Source: a virus (taxonomy: Duplodnaviria; Heunggongvirae; Uroviricota; Caudoviricetes). From it: a stretch of 17,337 nucleotides of DNA. The stretch's first letter is position 1; each line of letters starts with the position of its first letter. The notes beneath the pieces were generated by a model. That model was not told the origin of the DNA and did no database searches. It saw only the letters and a program-made list of their open reading frames with translations. The stretch lies in IMG/VR virus record IMGVR_UViG_2778261161_000005. One strand, given 5' to 3'. The position numbers were made by a program, and so were the translations under genes. Positions 8,897 to 17,337 of this stretch are shown piece by piece.

Positions 8897-9100
8897 GGTA
8901 GAAAATATTACAAACCATATTCACTTTAGATGCCCGTGTTGCCATGGTTCTCAGTATAGAACATCATCTTTTGATGTTTCTGACAGGAATCCTTTCGGGG
9001 CAAAATGTATCTTTTGTAAATCAATGATGATTACATTTGATAATATTTCACAATACTTAAATGTTAGCCGTCTGTCGTTAGATTTAAGAAAGTGAAAATG

Positions 9101-9124
9101 AAGGCTCCTTCGGGAGCTTTTTTG
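9101..9124 (+). terminator. rho-independent terminator downstream of cspI
   Basis: Hairpin GCTCC-TTCG-GGAGC followed by TTTTTT. Confidence 0.6.
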
Positions 9125-9167
9125 CTTAGTGTCTAGTCGATGGATACTCACATATTACGGTAACATT

Positions 9168-9398
9168 ATGAAAAAAATAATAGTTTTTTTTAACTCTGAA
9201 CCAGCAATGGTAGTGCCAGTGATGACCGGAGTTAACACCATCATGCGTGAATATCCAAATGGCGAAACAACACACCTCACTGTAATGGCTGCAGGGTTTC
9301 CATCTCTGACCGGAGATCATAAAGTCATTTATGTAGCAGCGGATCGACATGTAACTTCAGAAGAAATTCTGGAAGCAGCAATGAGACTCTTGAATTGA
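9168..9398 (+). CDS. small prophage protein, possibly YnfN-like (about 76 aa)
   Basis: Internal ATG (MKKIIVFFNSEPAMVV...) of track ORF 9129..9398; position between cspI and gnsB as in Qin; family assignment is from memory only. Confidence 0.4.
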   Translation: MKKIIVFFNSEPAMVVPVMTGVNTIMREYPNGETTHLTVMAAGFPSLTGDHKVIYVAADRHVTSEEILEAAMRLLN

Positions 9399-9567
9399 TT
9401 TGATTCTAATGCATTGATAATAAATGATAATCATCTTTATCTGTTTGTGTGAAATTTAGACCGTCGTATGTTGATTATTGCGATGTTTCATCTTATCTTT
9501 TATACGTTTGCTCCATATAATTGACACTACTGTGTACCAGGAAAGTCATAACAGACTAAAAGAGGAA

Positions 9568-9744
9568 ATGATGAACATTGAAGAGTTAAAAACAAAAACA
9601 GAAGCAGATATTTCTGAATATATAACAAAAAAAATCATTGAGCTTAAGAAAAAGACCGGGAAAGAAGTTACCAGTATCCAGTTTACTGCACGGGAAAAAA
9701 TGACTGGTCTTGAAAGCTATGATATCAAGATTGATTTAATCTAG
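9568..9744 (+). CDS. gnsB: GnsA/GnsB-family small protein (58 aa)
   Basis: Translation MMNIEELKTKTEADISEYITKKIIELKKKTGKEVTSIQFTAREKMTGLESYDIKIDLI with AAGAGGAA SD upstream; matches the Gns family as recalled. The track ORF 9478..9744 is trimmed. Confidence 0.75.
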   Translation: MMNIEELKTKTEADISEYITKKIIELKKKTGKEVTSIQFTAREKMTGLESYDIKIDLI

Positions 9745-9805
9745 TATGTTTATAGTATTAGCATCAATTTCTCATCAGATGCTATTCAACAATACAAATT
9801 ACCCA

Positions 9806-9832
9806 TAAACCTCGTTTTTACGGGGTTTTGTT
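9806..9832 (+). terminator. probable terminator downstream of gnsB
   Basis: Hairpin AACCTCG-TTTTTA-CGGGGTT (one G-U pair) followed by a T-rich run. Confidence 0.35.
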
Positions 9833-10039
9833 ATATTTAAACATTACCGAATAGATATAAATCTCGATTGTCGATGGTATTGGTTGTGTGACAATACCTA
9901 GTCTTTCCGGTATGCCTGAAGAGAATACAAACGACAGATTATGTAAGGGAAACGCGCTGAAACTTTCACTCTTTCATGCTGAGTGATTTGACGTTATATT
10001 TTTAGCCGCAAGTGAAGAGCAAACGCATGGAGCGACAAA

Positions 10040-10246
10040 ATGCATAAAGATCAATACACTGATGCCCCCTCCCAGGAGCAGGTTCGTGTAAAAACTATGC
10101 TTAATAGCACCATTTCGATGGGTTACCCGGATGTTGTAATTGCATGTATAGAACATCAAGTATCTCTGGAAGCATTCAGGGCAATTGAGGCCGCGTTAGT
10201 AAAGCACGATAAGAATACGAAGGATTATTCCCTGGTGGTTGACTGA
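10040..10246 (+). CDS. hypothetical small prophage protein (68 aa)
   Basis: Track ORF in the position occupied by ynfO/ydfO in Qin; I do not recognise the sequence. Confidence 0.35.
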   Translation: MHKDQYTDAPSQEQVRVKTMLNSTISMGYPDVVIACIEHQVSLEAFRAIEAALVKHDKNTKDYSLVVD

Positions 10247-10589
10247 TCACCATAACTGCTAACCATTCTGACCATTTCACAAGTGACAGAGTCAATATCG
10301 TATTCTGTCACTGTCAGGCTAATACAGTACTGCAATTCAACTACAGCAATGCCTCGTATTTAGGTGAATTTACAATATCGTCCAGTTCGGATGCCGGCTG
10401 CATTTCTGAAGATAAGGCATTTCGGTTCGCGTATTTTCCCCTCATGCTCGTCAGTCCTGCGCGTAGTAAGAAACAGGACACTCACACTAATTTGTGTGGG
10501 CATGCTGTGATGTCCTTCTGAATTATCCCCACGCCATTATGTAAAGCTCTGTTTCAGATGCTCGTCACGGTTGTCAGGCTGTCGGGTCC

Positions 10590-10630
10590 TCCCTGGGGGG
10601 GGCCCTGCCACGGGGCGGGAGCGTCGCGGA
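10590..10630. other. cos-like site (putative cosN) in a GC-rich island upstream of the small terminase gene
   Basis: ACGGGGCGGGAGCGTCGCGG (10610-10629) resembles the lambda cohesive-end region (…ACGGGGCGGCGACCTCGCGG…) as recalled. It lies about 170 bp upstream of the Nu1-like gene and is followed by inverted repeats ATGTCGAA / TTCGACAT (10712-10741) in the position of cosB. Confidence 0.45.
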
Positions 10631-10798
10631 AAAAGGCTAGTTTTTGCATTTTTATCGGCCACCATCATCTTTGCATCTTATTGATTATTAATGGTTGTTT
10701 GTTTTTTGTATGTCGAATTGAGTGTTTTTTGTTCGACATCGAACGCGTTTTCTTAAAGTTGTTCGCACGATGCATGTTTAAAGCTCTCCGGAGGAAAT

Positions 10799-11290
10799 AT
10801 GGATCATGAGTTGAAAAACCTGGTGCTGAATATTAATCAACTGGCGGCTTTATCTGGTCTGCACCGCCAGACTGTCGTGGCAAGACTGAAAAACATTCGT
10901 CCCGCTGGTGGACATGACAAACTCAAGCTATACCGGTTGACCGATATTCTGACTGAATTTATGGGGTTACCACCGCCGGTTGCTGAGGGCGAAATGGATC
11001 CACATGAACGCAAAGCCTGGTATCAGTCTGAACGTGAGCGTCTTAAGTTCGAACAGGAAACGGCACAACTCATTCCGGCCAGTGATGTCAGACGGGAGTT
11101 TGCCATCTGGGCAAAAGCGGTCGTGCAGGTGCTGGAGACATTACCGGATATTCTGGAACGTGACTGCGGCCTGCAGCCTGCCGCTGTGAGCCGTGTTCAG
11201 TCCATTATTGATGATCTGCGCGATCAGATAGCCCTGCGGGTGACCGAAGCAGGTGCGGATGATGAGGAGGAATTACAGCAGGAGGAGTAA
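10799..11290 (+). CDS. terminase small subunit, Nu1-like (NohA/NohD-type), 163 aa
   Basis: N-terminal winged-HTH pattern (NINQLAALSGLHRQTVVARLKN...GG...KLYRLTDIL) like lambda Nu1; acidic C-terminus; preceded by the cos-like site; stop overlaps the next ATG. Confidence 0.65.
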   Translation: MDHELKNLVLNINQLAALSGLHRQTVVARLKNIRPAGGHDKLKLYRLTDILTEFMGLPPPVAEGEMDPHERKAWYQSERERLKFEQETAQLIPASDVRREFAIWAKAVVQVLETLPDILERDCGLQPAAVSRVQSIIDDLRDQIALRVTEAGADDEEELQQEE

Positions 11291-11790
11291 TGCTGAATCA
11301 GGAAACCGCAAAGGCAGCACGAACCGATTCAGGTTATATCCTTCGCGCACCGAGACGAATGCGGGTTGCTGATGCCGTTGCTCAGTATATGCGGGTGAAA
11401 GACCGGGTGAATAACGCGTTATGGCGTGACTCGCCAGGTCCCGGCTATGTGCATTTCCCTGACTGGCTGGGGAGCTGGTTTTACGACGAACTGACGTATG
11501 AAGAGCGGAGCAGTGACGGGAAATGGAGTAAGCCGGGTCGCGGTGCCAACGAAGCTTTTGACCTGATGGTGTATGCCGAGGCTCTGGTCATTCTGCATGG
11601 ATACGAAAAGATCCGCTGGCCGGATGCACCGGAGTGGGCGAGCCGGGAAACCTGGCTGGAGTGTGTCCCGGACAGTACCGAACCGTCACCCACACCGGAA
11701 CCGGTATCCACGCCTGTTAAAAAACAAAAACGGAAGAAAACAGTAACTGACGATGTTAACCCCTGGCTGACTTCCGGAGGATGGTTATGA
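11290..11790 (+). pseudogene. terminase large subunit remnant (gpA-like C-terminal region only, 166 codons)
   Basis: Translation aligns to the C-terminal roughly 130 aa of lambda gpA as recalled (PGYVHFP vs PGAVHFP; RGANEAFDLMVYAEAL vs RRNEALDCFVYALAAL). The ATPase and nuclease core domains expected in a roughly 640-aa protein are absent. Confidence 0.6.
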
Positions 11791-11999
11791 ACCAGAATGA
11801 TATCGAAGCCATGATTCAGCGTTATACGGAAGCTGAAATGGCGGTGCTGGACGGAAAATCCGTCACCTTTAATGGTCAGCAGATGACCATGGAAAACTTA
11901 TCTGAGATCCGGCAGGGACGGCAGGAGTGGGAGCGCCGCCTTGCGGCTCTGATTACACGACGACGGGGGCATCCCGGGTACCGGCTTGCGAGGTTCTGA
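11787..11999 (+). CDS. head-to-tail joining protein, gpW-like (about 70 aa)
   Basis: Small ORF between terminase and portal, as lambda W is; ATG at 11787 with GGAGG upstream; stop overlaps the portal ATG (TGATG). Confidence 0.6.
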   Translation: MNQNDIEAMIQRYTEAEMAVLDGKSVTFNGQQMTMENLSEIRQGRQEWERRLAALITRRRGHPGYRLARF

Positions 12000-13507
12000 T
12001 GGCAATTCTTGATGATGTGATTGGCGTTTTTTCACCAGGATGGAAAGCGGCAAGGCTGCGTTCCCGTGCGGTGATCCAGGCTTATGAGGCCGTAAAAACG
12101 ACGCGGACACACAAAGCCCGGCGGGAAAACCGAACTGCCGACCAGTTAAGCCAGTACGGGGCCGTGTCGTTACGTGAGCAGGCCCGTTACCTTGATAACA
12201 ACCACGATCTGGTCATTGGTGTATTTGACAAGCTGGAAGAACGGGTGGTGGGGAAAAACGGGATTATTGTCGAGCCACATCCGGTATTACGCAATGGGGC
12301 CATTGCCCGTGATCTGGCAGCGGAGATACGCACCCGATGGAGTGAATGGTCTGTCAGTCCGGAAGTCACCGGGCAGTTTACCCGTCCGATGCTGGAACGT
12401 CTGATGTTGCGTACCTGGCTGCGCGATGGTGAGGTGTTTGCCCAGATGGTTTCCGGGCGCATAAACAGCCTGACGCCTTCTGCCGGTGTTCATTTCTGGC
12501 TGGAGGCGCTCGAGCCGGACTTTATTCCCATGACCAGTGATGAGAGCAACAGGCTGAATCAGGGCGTGTTTGTTGATGACTGGGGGCGTCCCGAAAAATA
12601 TCTGGTGTATAAAAGCCGTCCCGTATCCGGACGGCAGATGGAAACCAAAGAAGTGGATGCAGAGCGAATGCTGCATCTTAAATTTGTTCGCCGTCTGCAC
12701 CAGATGCGCGGGACGTCTTTGTTGTCCGGTGTGCTGATCCGCCTCAGTGCCCTGAAAGAGTATGAAGATTCTGAGCTGACTGCAGCAAGGATCGCCGCTG
12801 CTCTGGGGATGTACATCCGGAAAGGCGACGGGCAGAGCTATGAACCGGATGGTAATGGCAGCAAGGATAAGGAACGCGAGCTTACCATTCAGCCAGGCAT
12901 TATTTACGACGATCTGAAACCCGGCGAAGAAATCGGAATGGTGAAGTCGGATCGCCCCAATCCTAATCTTGAAACTTTTCGTAATGGTCAGTTGCGTGCC
13001 GTGGCGGCGGGCAGTCGTCTGAGTTTTTCCAGTACAGCGCGCAACTATAACGGCACTTACAGCGCCCAGCGTCAGGAGCTGGTTGAATCCACTGATGGCT
13101 ACCTGATCCTGCAGGACTGGTTTATTGGTGCCGTCACCCGCCCGATGTATCGTGCCTGGCTGAAACAGGCTGTGGCATCCGGTGTTATCAGGCTACCCCG
13201 CGATCTTGATCGTTCTTCACTGTATACCGCGGTGTATTCCGGACCGGTGATGCCGTGGATTGACCCTGTTAAGGAGGCTGAGGCCTGGAAAATTCAGATT
13301 CGTGGTGGAGCGGCGACAGAATCAGACTGGGTACGTGCAGGTGGTCGTAATCCGGATGATGTCAAACGTCGGCGCAAGGCCGAAATTGATGAAAACCGCA
13401 AGCTGGATCTGGTATTTGATACCGATCCGGCCAGTGATAAAGGAGGCAGCAGTGCCGCAACGAAACGACAGGAGCCGCAGCACACCGACGACCAGTCCGA
13501 AGAATAA
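11999..13507 (+). CDS. portal protein (lambda gpB family), about 502 aa
   Basis: Long ORF directly after the W-like gene, with the size and position expected for a lambda-like portal; ATG at 11999 ([11 protein letters not shown]...). The track ORF 11927..13507 is trimmed. Confidence 0.7.
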   Translation: MAILDDVIGVFSPGWKAARLRSRAVIQAYEAVKTTRTHKARRENRTADQLSQYGAVSLREQARYLDNNHDLVIGVFDKLEERVVGKNGIIVEPHPVLRNGAIARDLAAEIRTRWSEWSVSPEVTGQFTRPMLERLMLRTWLRDGEVFAQMVSGRINSLTPSAGVHFWLEALEPDFIPMTSDESNRLNQGVFVDDWGRPEKYLVYKSRPVSGRQMETKEVDAERMLHLKFVRRLHQMRGTSLLSGVLIRLSALKEYEDSELTAARIAAALGMYIRKGDGQSYEPDGNGSKDKERELTIQPGIIYDDLKPGEEIGMVKSDRPNPNLETFRNGQLRAVAAGSRLSFSSTARNYNGTYSAQRQELVESTDGYLILQDWFIGAVTRPMYRAWLKQAVASGVIRLPRDLDRSSLYTAVYSGPVMPWIDPVKEAEAWKIQIRGGAATESDWVRAGGRNPDDVKRRRKAEIDENRKLDLVFDTDPASDKGGSSAATKRQEPQHTDDQSEE

Positions 13508-13520
13508 TTCCTGGTTCAGG

Positions 13521-15461
13521 ATGCAGGCAGGTCACCAGAGTGACGCGGATATTTATATTTATGACGAGATTGGTTTCTGGGGTGTTACGGCGAAGCAGTT
13601 TATCAGTGATCTGAATGCACTGGGCGATATCACCCACATTAAGGGACGCTTCCTGAACAACATTAACGCGGTCAGTAAAACAGACTTTGCTGATAAGCGT
13701 GGTATGCGTTATGTGCGGGTTAACGCTCCTGCAGGTGCAACATCTGGAAAATATTACCCTGTTGTTGTTATGCGTTCTGCTGGCTCAGTAAGCGAACTGG
13801 CATCAAGGGTCATTATCACCACGGCAACGCGAACCGCAGGCGATCCGATGAATAACTGCGAGTTTAACGGATTTGTTATGCCTGGTGGCTGGACTGACAG
13901 GGGGCGTTATGCTTATGGAATGTTCTGGCAATATCAAAACAATGAACGAGCCATCCACTCAATAATGATGAGTAATAAGGGCGATGATTTGCGCTCTGTG
14001 TTCTATGTTGATGGCGCTGCTTTCCCTGTTTTTGCGTTTATCGAAGATGGCCTGTCAATATCCGCACCTGGTGCTGATCTCGTTGTTAATGATACGACCT
14101 ATAAGTTTGGGGCAACAAATCCAGCGACTGAATGTATCGCGGCGGACGTTATCCTTGATTTTAAGAGTGGGCGTGGTTTTTATGAGTCTCATTCGTTAAT
14201 CGTTAACGATAACTTGTCGTGCAAAAAACTTTTTGCCACAGACGAAATTGTAGCGCGTGGTGGTAATCAGATTCGAATGATAGGTGGGGAGTATGGTGCA
14301 TTATGGCGTAATGATGGCGCTAAAACTTACCTGCTGCTTACCAATCAAGGTGATGTTTATGGTGGCTGGAATACATTAAGACCGTTTGCTATTGATAACG
14401 CAACCGGCGAGCTGGTTATTGGAACCAAACTGTCCGCAAGTCTGAACGGTAATGCATTAACAGCAACAAAGCTGCAAACGCCAAGACGGGTTTCTGGTGT
14501 TGAGTTTGATGGTTCCAAAGATATTACTTTAACCGCCGCGCATGTGGCTGCTTTTGCCAGAAGAGCAACGGATACGTATGCCGATGCGGATGGGGGCGTT
14601 CCATGGAATGCCGAATCAGGCGCTTACAATGTCACCCGCTCTGGCGACAGCTATATTCTGGTTAACTTCTATACCGGAGTCGGAAGTTGCCGGACCCTGC
14701 AGATGAAGGCGCATTACAGAAATGGAGGTCTGTTCTACCGTTCCTCAAGAGATGGCTATGGTTTTGAGGAAGACTGGGCAGAAGTTTATACCTCGAAAAA
14801 TCTTCCACCAGAAAGCTACCCAGTCGGCGCACCAATCCCGTGGCCATCAGATACCGTTCCGTCTGGTTATGCCCTGATGCAGGGGCAGACTTTTGACAAA
14901 TCTGCATACCCGAAACTTGCAGCCGCTTATCCGTCAGGCGTGATCCCTGATATGCGTAGCTGGACGATTAAGGGCAAACCTGCCAGTGGTCGGGCCGTAT
15001 TGTCTCAGGAACAGGACGGCATTAAATCGCACACCCACAGCGCCAGCGCATCCAGTACGGATTTGGGGACGAAAACCACATCGTCGTTTGATTACGGCAC
15101 TAAATCCACGAATAACACCGGGGCGCATACGCACAGTGTGAGCGGTACAGCCGCAAGTGCCGGAAACCATACTCATAGTGTCACAGGCGCATCAGCAGTC
15201 AGCCAGTGGTCACAAAATGGGTCAGTACATAAGGTAGTGTCTGCGGCCAGTGTGAATACAAGTGCTGCAGGAGCGCACACTCATAGTGTTAGCGGCACAG
15301 CCGCATCTGCAGGTGCTCACGCACATACTGTCGGTATTGGTGCTCATACGCACTCTGTTGCGATTGGCTCACATGGACACACTATCACCGTTAACGCTGC
15401 TGGTAACGCGGAAAACACCGTCAAAAACATCGCATTTAACTACATTGTGAGGCTTGCATAA
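13521..15461 (+). CDS. chimeric ORF: ClpP-type prohead protease N-terminus (about 37 aa) fused in frame to a side tail fibre protein (Stf-like)
   Basis: First ATG after the portal stop; the N-terminus [28 protein letters not shown] matches the start of ClpP-family prohead proteases, then the sequence switches to tail-fibre-like repeats and ends with a tail-collar region ([42 protein letters not shown]), His-rich HxH repeats and [11 protein letters not shown]. The track ORF 13260..15461 overlaps the portal in another frame. Confidence 0.65.
   Translation: MQAGHQSDADIYIYDEIGFWGVTAKQFISDLNALGDITHIKGRFLNNINAVSKTDFADKRGMRYVRVNAPAGATSGKYYPVVVMRSAGSVSELASRVIITTATRTAGDPMNNCEFNGFVMPGGWTDRGRYAYGMFWQYQNNERAIHSIMMSNKGDDLRSVFYVDGAAFPVFAFIEDGLSISAPGADLVVNDTTYKFGATNPATECIAADVILDFKSGRGFYESHSLIVNDNLSCKKLFATDEIVARGGNQIRMIGGEYGALWRNDGAKTYLLLTNQGDVYGGWNTLRPFAIDNATGELVIGTKLSASLNGNALTATKLQTPRRVSGVEFDGSKDITLTAAHVAAFARRATDTYADADGGVPWNAESGAYNVTRSGDSYILVNFYTGVGSCRTLQMKAHYRNGGLFYRSSRDGYGFEEDWAEVYTSKNLPPESYPVGAPIPWPSDTVPSGYALMQGQTFDKSAYPKLAAAYPSGVIPDMRSWTIKGKPASGRAVLSQEQDGIKSHTHSASASSTDLGTKTTSSFDYGTKSTNNTGAHTHSVSGTAASAGNHTHSVTGASAVSQWSQNGSVHKVVSAASVNTSAAGAHTHSVSGTAASAGAHAHTVGIGAHTHSVAIGSHGHTITVNAAGNAENTVKNIAFNYIVRLA
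15121..15313 (+). repeat. imperfect direct repeats of about 43 bp within the stf 3' region
   Basis: GGGCGCATACGCACAGTGTGAGCGGTACAGCCGCAAGTGCCGG (15121-15163) and GGAGCGCACACTCATAGTGTTAGCGGCACAGCCGCATCTGCAGG (15270-15313), both encoding [15 protein letters not shown]. Confidence 0.7.
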
Positions 15462-16036
15462 TGGCATTCAGAATGAGTGAACAACCACGGACCATAAAAA
15501 TTTATAATCTGCTGGCCGGAACTAATGAATTTATTGGTGAAGGTGACGCATATATTCCGCCTCATACAGGTCTGCCAGCAAACAGTACCGATATTGCACC
15601 GCCAGATATTCCGGCAGGCTTCGTGGCTGTTTTCAACAGTGATGAGGCATCGTGGCATCTCGTTGAAGACCATCGGGGTAAAACGGTTTATGACGTAGCG
15701 TCAGGGGACGCGTTATTTATTTCTGAACTCGGTCCGTTACCGGAAAATGTTACCTGGTTATCGCCGGAAGGGGAGTTTCAGAAGTGGAACGGCACAGCCT
15801 GGGTGAAAGATGCAGAAGCAGAAAAACTGTTCCGGATCCGGGAGGCGGAAGAAACAAAAAACAGCCTGATGCAGGTAGCCAGTGAGCATATTGCGCCGCT
15901 TCAGGATGCTGCAGATCTGGAAATTGCAACGGAGGAAGAAATCTCGTTGCTGGAAGCATGGAAAAAGTATCGGGTATTGCTGAACCGTGTTGATACGTCA
16001 ACTGCACAGGATATTGAATGGCCAGCACTGCCGTAG
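15461..16036 (+). CDS. tail fibre assembly protein (Tfa), 191 aa
   Basis: Translation [39 protein letters not shown]... matches TfaQ/TfaR-type proteins as recalled; start overlaps the stf stop (TAATG). Confidence 0.85.
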   Translation: MAFRMSEQPRTIKIYNLLAGTNEFIGEGDAYIPPHTGLPANSTDIAPPDIPAGFVAVFNSDEASWHLVEDHRGKTVYDVASGDALFISELGPLPENVTWLSPEGEFQKWNGTAWVKDAEAEKLFRIREAEETKNSLMQVASEHIAPLQDAADLEIATEEEISLLEAWKKYRVLLNRVDTSTAQDIEWPALP

Positions 16037-16133
16037 GGTAAAACATATAAATTCTATAATTAGATGTATCTTTCCATTTACGGCAAGGAAGGGGGCTTGG
16101 AAGACGTAAAGCATCTCACACCAAGATTATTTT

Positions 16134-16724
16134 TTATATGTCAGGTGTCTGAAGTTTTGCTTTGGCTCTTAAAATGGTTTGCCGCGAGGTTTTGAATTCC
16201 CGGGCAATGGCACTTATACTTACACCTGACTTAATCCGTTCGAATACCACCTGTTTCTGTTCTTCATTTAACACAGGTGGTCGACCAAAACGTTTCCCTG
16301 CGCCCCGGGCTCTTACTATCCCGGAATGAGTGCGTTCAAGTAAAAGGTCTCGTTCAAATTCAGCGACTGCTGAAATTACTTGCATCATCATTTTTCCTGT
16401 TGGACTGGTCAGGTCAATGCCCCCCAATGCTAAGCAATGCACTCTGATACCTGTTTCGGTCAGTTGTTCCACTGTTTTCCTGATATCCATTGCATTACAA
16501 CCAAGGCGATCCAGTTTTGTCACAATCAATTGATCACCACATTTCAGGCGAGCAAGCAACCGGTTAAAACCAGGACGCTCACTGGTTGCTGCTGAGCCGC
16601 TAATGTGTTCTTCGATTATTTGCTGAGGTTTGATTTTAAAACCTGCACTTTCGATTTCCCGGCGTTGATTTTCGGTGGTCTGATCCAGCGTTGATATCCG
16701 ACAGTAAGCAAAAATTCGAGACAT
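16134..16724 (-). CDS. serine recombinase (resolvase/DNA-invertase family), 196 aa
   Basis: N-terminal catalytic motif [10 protein letters not shown] with the serine nucleophile, and a C-terminal HTH; sits in the position of pin in Rac/Qin-type prophages but is not close to canonical Pin/Gin/Hin by eye. Confidence 0.8.
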
Positions 16725-17103
16725 AGTGAGACTCTATACGAAATTGGTGTACATATCATAATGCATATCCAAAAATTATTTCGCTTATTATTGTACATAT
16801 TTGTATGTATACGTTCGAAAATAAACGAATTCGGATGCAGTCCCGTAATTTTGGTGTAACCAAAAATCGATTTTTTGAAAAATGGCTTTAACTCGGTTTG
16901 TTTTTCGAACTCCGGGCGGACTCGAGGAAGACGAATAATAGTGTTGTATGTTATTTCAACCAGATTTTAAGTTGTTTGGTCGTGGAAAAGTGGAGCAAAA
17001 TGTTGTTAAAGTGGAAAAATGGTAAAAAAAGTAGGTTGTTGCGGAATAACGTAGTTGTTGATATTTTTTTAATGCATTGAAAAATTATTTTTCAGGGGGG
17101 GTA

Positions 17104-17337
17104 TTACACTTTACCATTTAAATTTTGGTTGTCTTTAAGAACTGATATCGCTGTTTGTAATAATTCTTTGTTATCCAGCCATGACTTTTTCTTTATGTTT
17201 CCTTCAATGTAATCAAGCAATGTTCTGGTATTGATAGGTCTTCCCTGTTTTGCTACTTCCACGACAGCATCTCCCAGGATAATTCTGACTTCAGGAAGCT
17301 GCGCAGGGAACCACTTTAGGGTGTCTTTTGATTTCAT
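17104..17337 (-). CDS. ydfK: YdfK/YnaE-family small prophage protein (77 aa)
   Basis: Translation MKSKDTLKWFPAQLPEVRIILGDAVVEVAKQGRPINTRTLLDYIEG... matches YdfK/YnaE as recalled; the start codon is the last three bases of the window. Confidence 0.75.
   Translation of the reverse strand: MKSKDTLKWFPAQLPEVRIILGDAVVEVAKQGRPINTRTLLDYIEGNIKKKSWLDNKELLQTAISVLKDNQNLNGKV

Noticed and set aside
10558-10809. Track ORF 10558..10809(+) spanning the GC-rich island upstream of the small terminase gene
   Set aside because: No SD; the translation is low complexity; the region is better explained as a cos-like site plus small-terminase binding repeats.
13260-13520. The 5' portion of track ORF 13260..15461, overlapping the portal 3' end
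   Set aside because: It is in a different frame from the portal and overlaps it by about 250 nt; the first ATG after the portal stop (13521) gives a coherent protease-like N-terminus, so the upstream extension is probably not translated.
11481-13637. Multiple minus-strand and alternate-frame ORFs within the terminase-remnant and portal region (11481..11711, 11898..12110, 12174..12404, 12187..12462, 12287..12700, 12559..12816, 13294..13485, 13362..13637)
   Set aside because: All overlap the long portal/terminase frame and have Arg/Pro/Ser-rich composition expected from GC-rich antisense frames.
13984-16046. Alternate-frame and antisense ORFs within stf/tfa (13984..14199, 14662..14907, 14934..15176, 15262..15450, 15440..15673, 15750..16046)
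   Set aside because: Embedded in the well-supported tail-fibre and assembly genes; no independent start signals.
16037-16133. Possible hix/gix-like crossover site between tfa and the recombinase gene (TTCCATTTACGGCAAGGAAGG), and a candidate half-site ATATCCAAAAAT at 16765-16776
   Set aside because: Neither forms the expected 12-2-12 imperfect inverted repeat, and no inverted partner site was found inside stf; too weak to call an invertible segment.
17095-17101. G7 homopolymer tract 3 nt beyond the ydfK-like stop
   Set aside because: It lies outside the coding sequence, so slipped-strand phase variation of the gene is not supported; may simply be part of a 3' structure.

Overview
The window reads as a mosaic, apparently defective lambdoid prophage segment of an Escherichia/Shigella-type genome. 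No tRNA, rRNA, CRISPR array or IS element was found, and I could not positively identify a new defence system. All family assignments are from reading the translations and from memory of E. coli K-12 prophage proteins; no database search was run.

Layout, left to right:
- 1-1827 (minus): a CPS-53-like yfdP/yfdQ/yfdR-type operon (120-aa protein, 274-aa DUF2303-like protein, HD-domain protein cut by the window edge).
- 1828-2495: about 660 bp of ORF-poor, GC-rich, hairpin-rich DNA, with a leftward promoter plus operator-like palindrome at its right end.
- 2496-4303: a compact immunity and antitermination module (LexA/cI-like S24 repressor, divergent Cro-like gene, Q antiterminator), followed by a pR'-like promoter and tR'-like terminator.
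- 4719-10246: a Qin-like late region: cspF/cspB divergent pair, small zinc-ribbon ORF, lysis cassette (dual-start holin, YdfR-like protein, lysozyme with SAR-like N-terminus, Rz with nested Rz1), cspI, and small ynfN-like, gnsB and unknown ORFs.
- 10590-13507: cos-like site, Nu1-like small terminase, a roughly 166-codon remnant of the large terminase, gpW-like protein, lambda-B-like portal.
- 13521-16036: an ORF whose first ~37 residues look like a ClpP-type prohead protease and whose remainder is a side tail fibre, followed by a tail fibre assembly gene.
- 16134-17337 (minus): a serine recombinase and a ydfK/ynaE-like small gene.

The most interesting points are the deletion scars (terminase remnant, protease/tail-fibre chimera), the cos-like site retained next to an intact small terminase and portal, an unannotated antisense ORF inside the lysis cassette, the small zinc-ribbon ORF, and the long structured noncoding leader.
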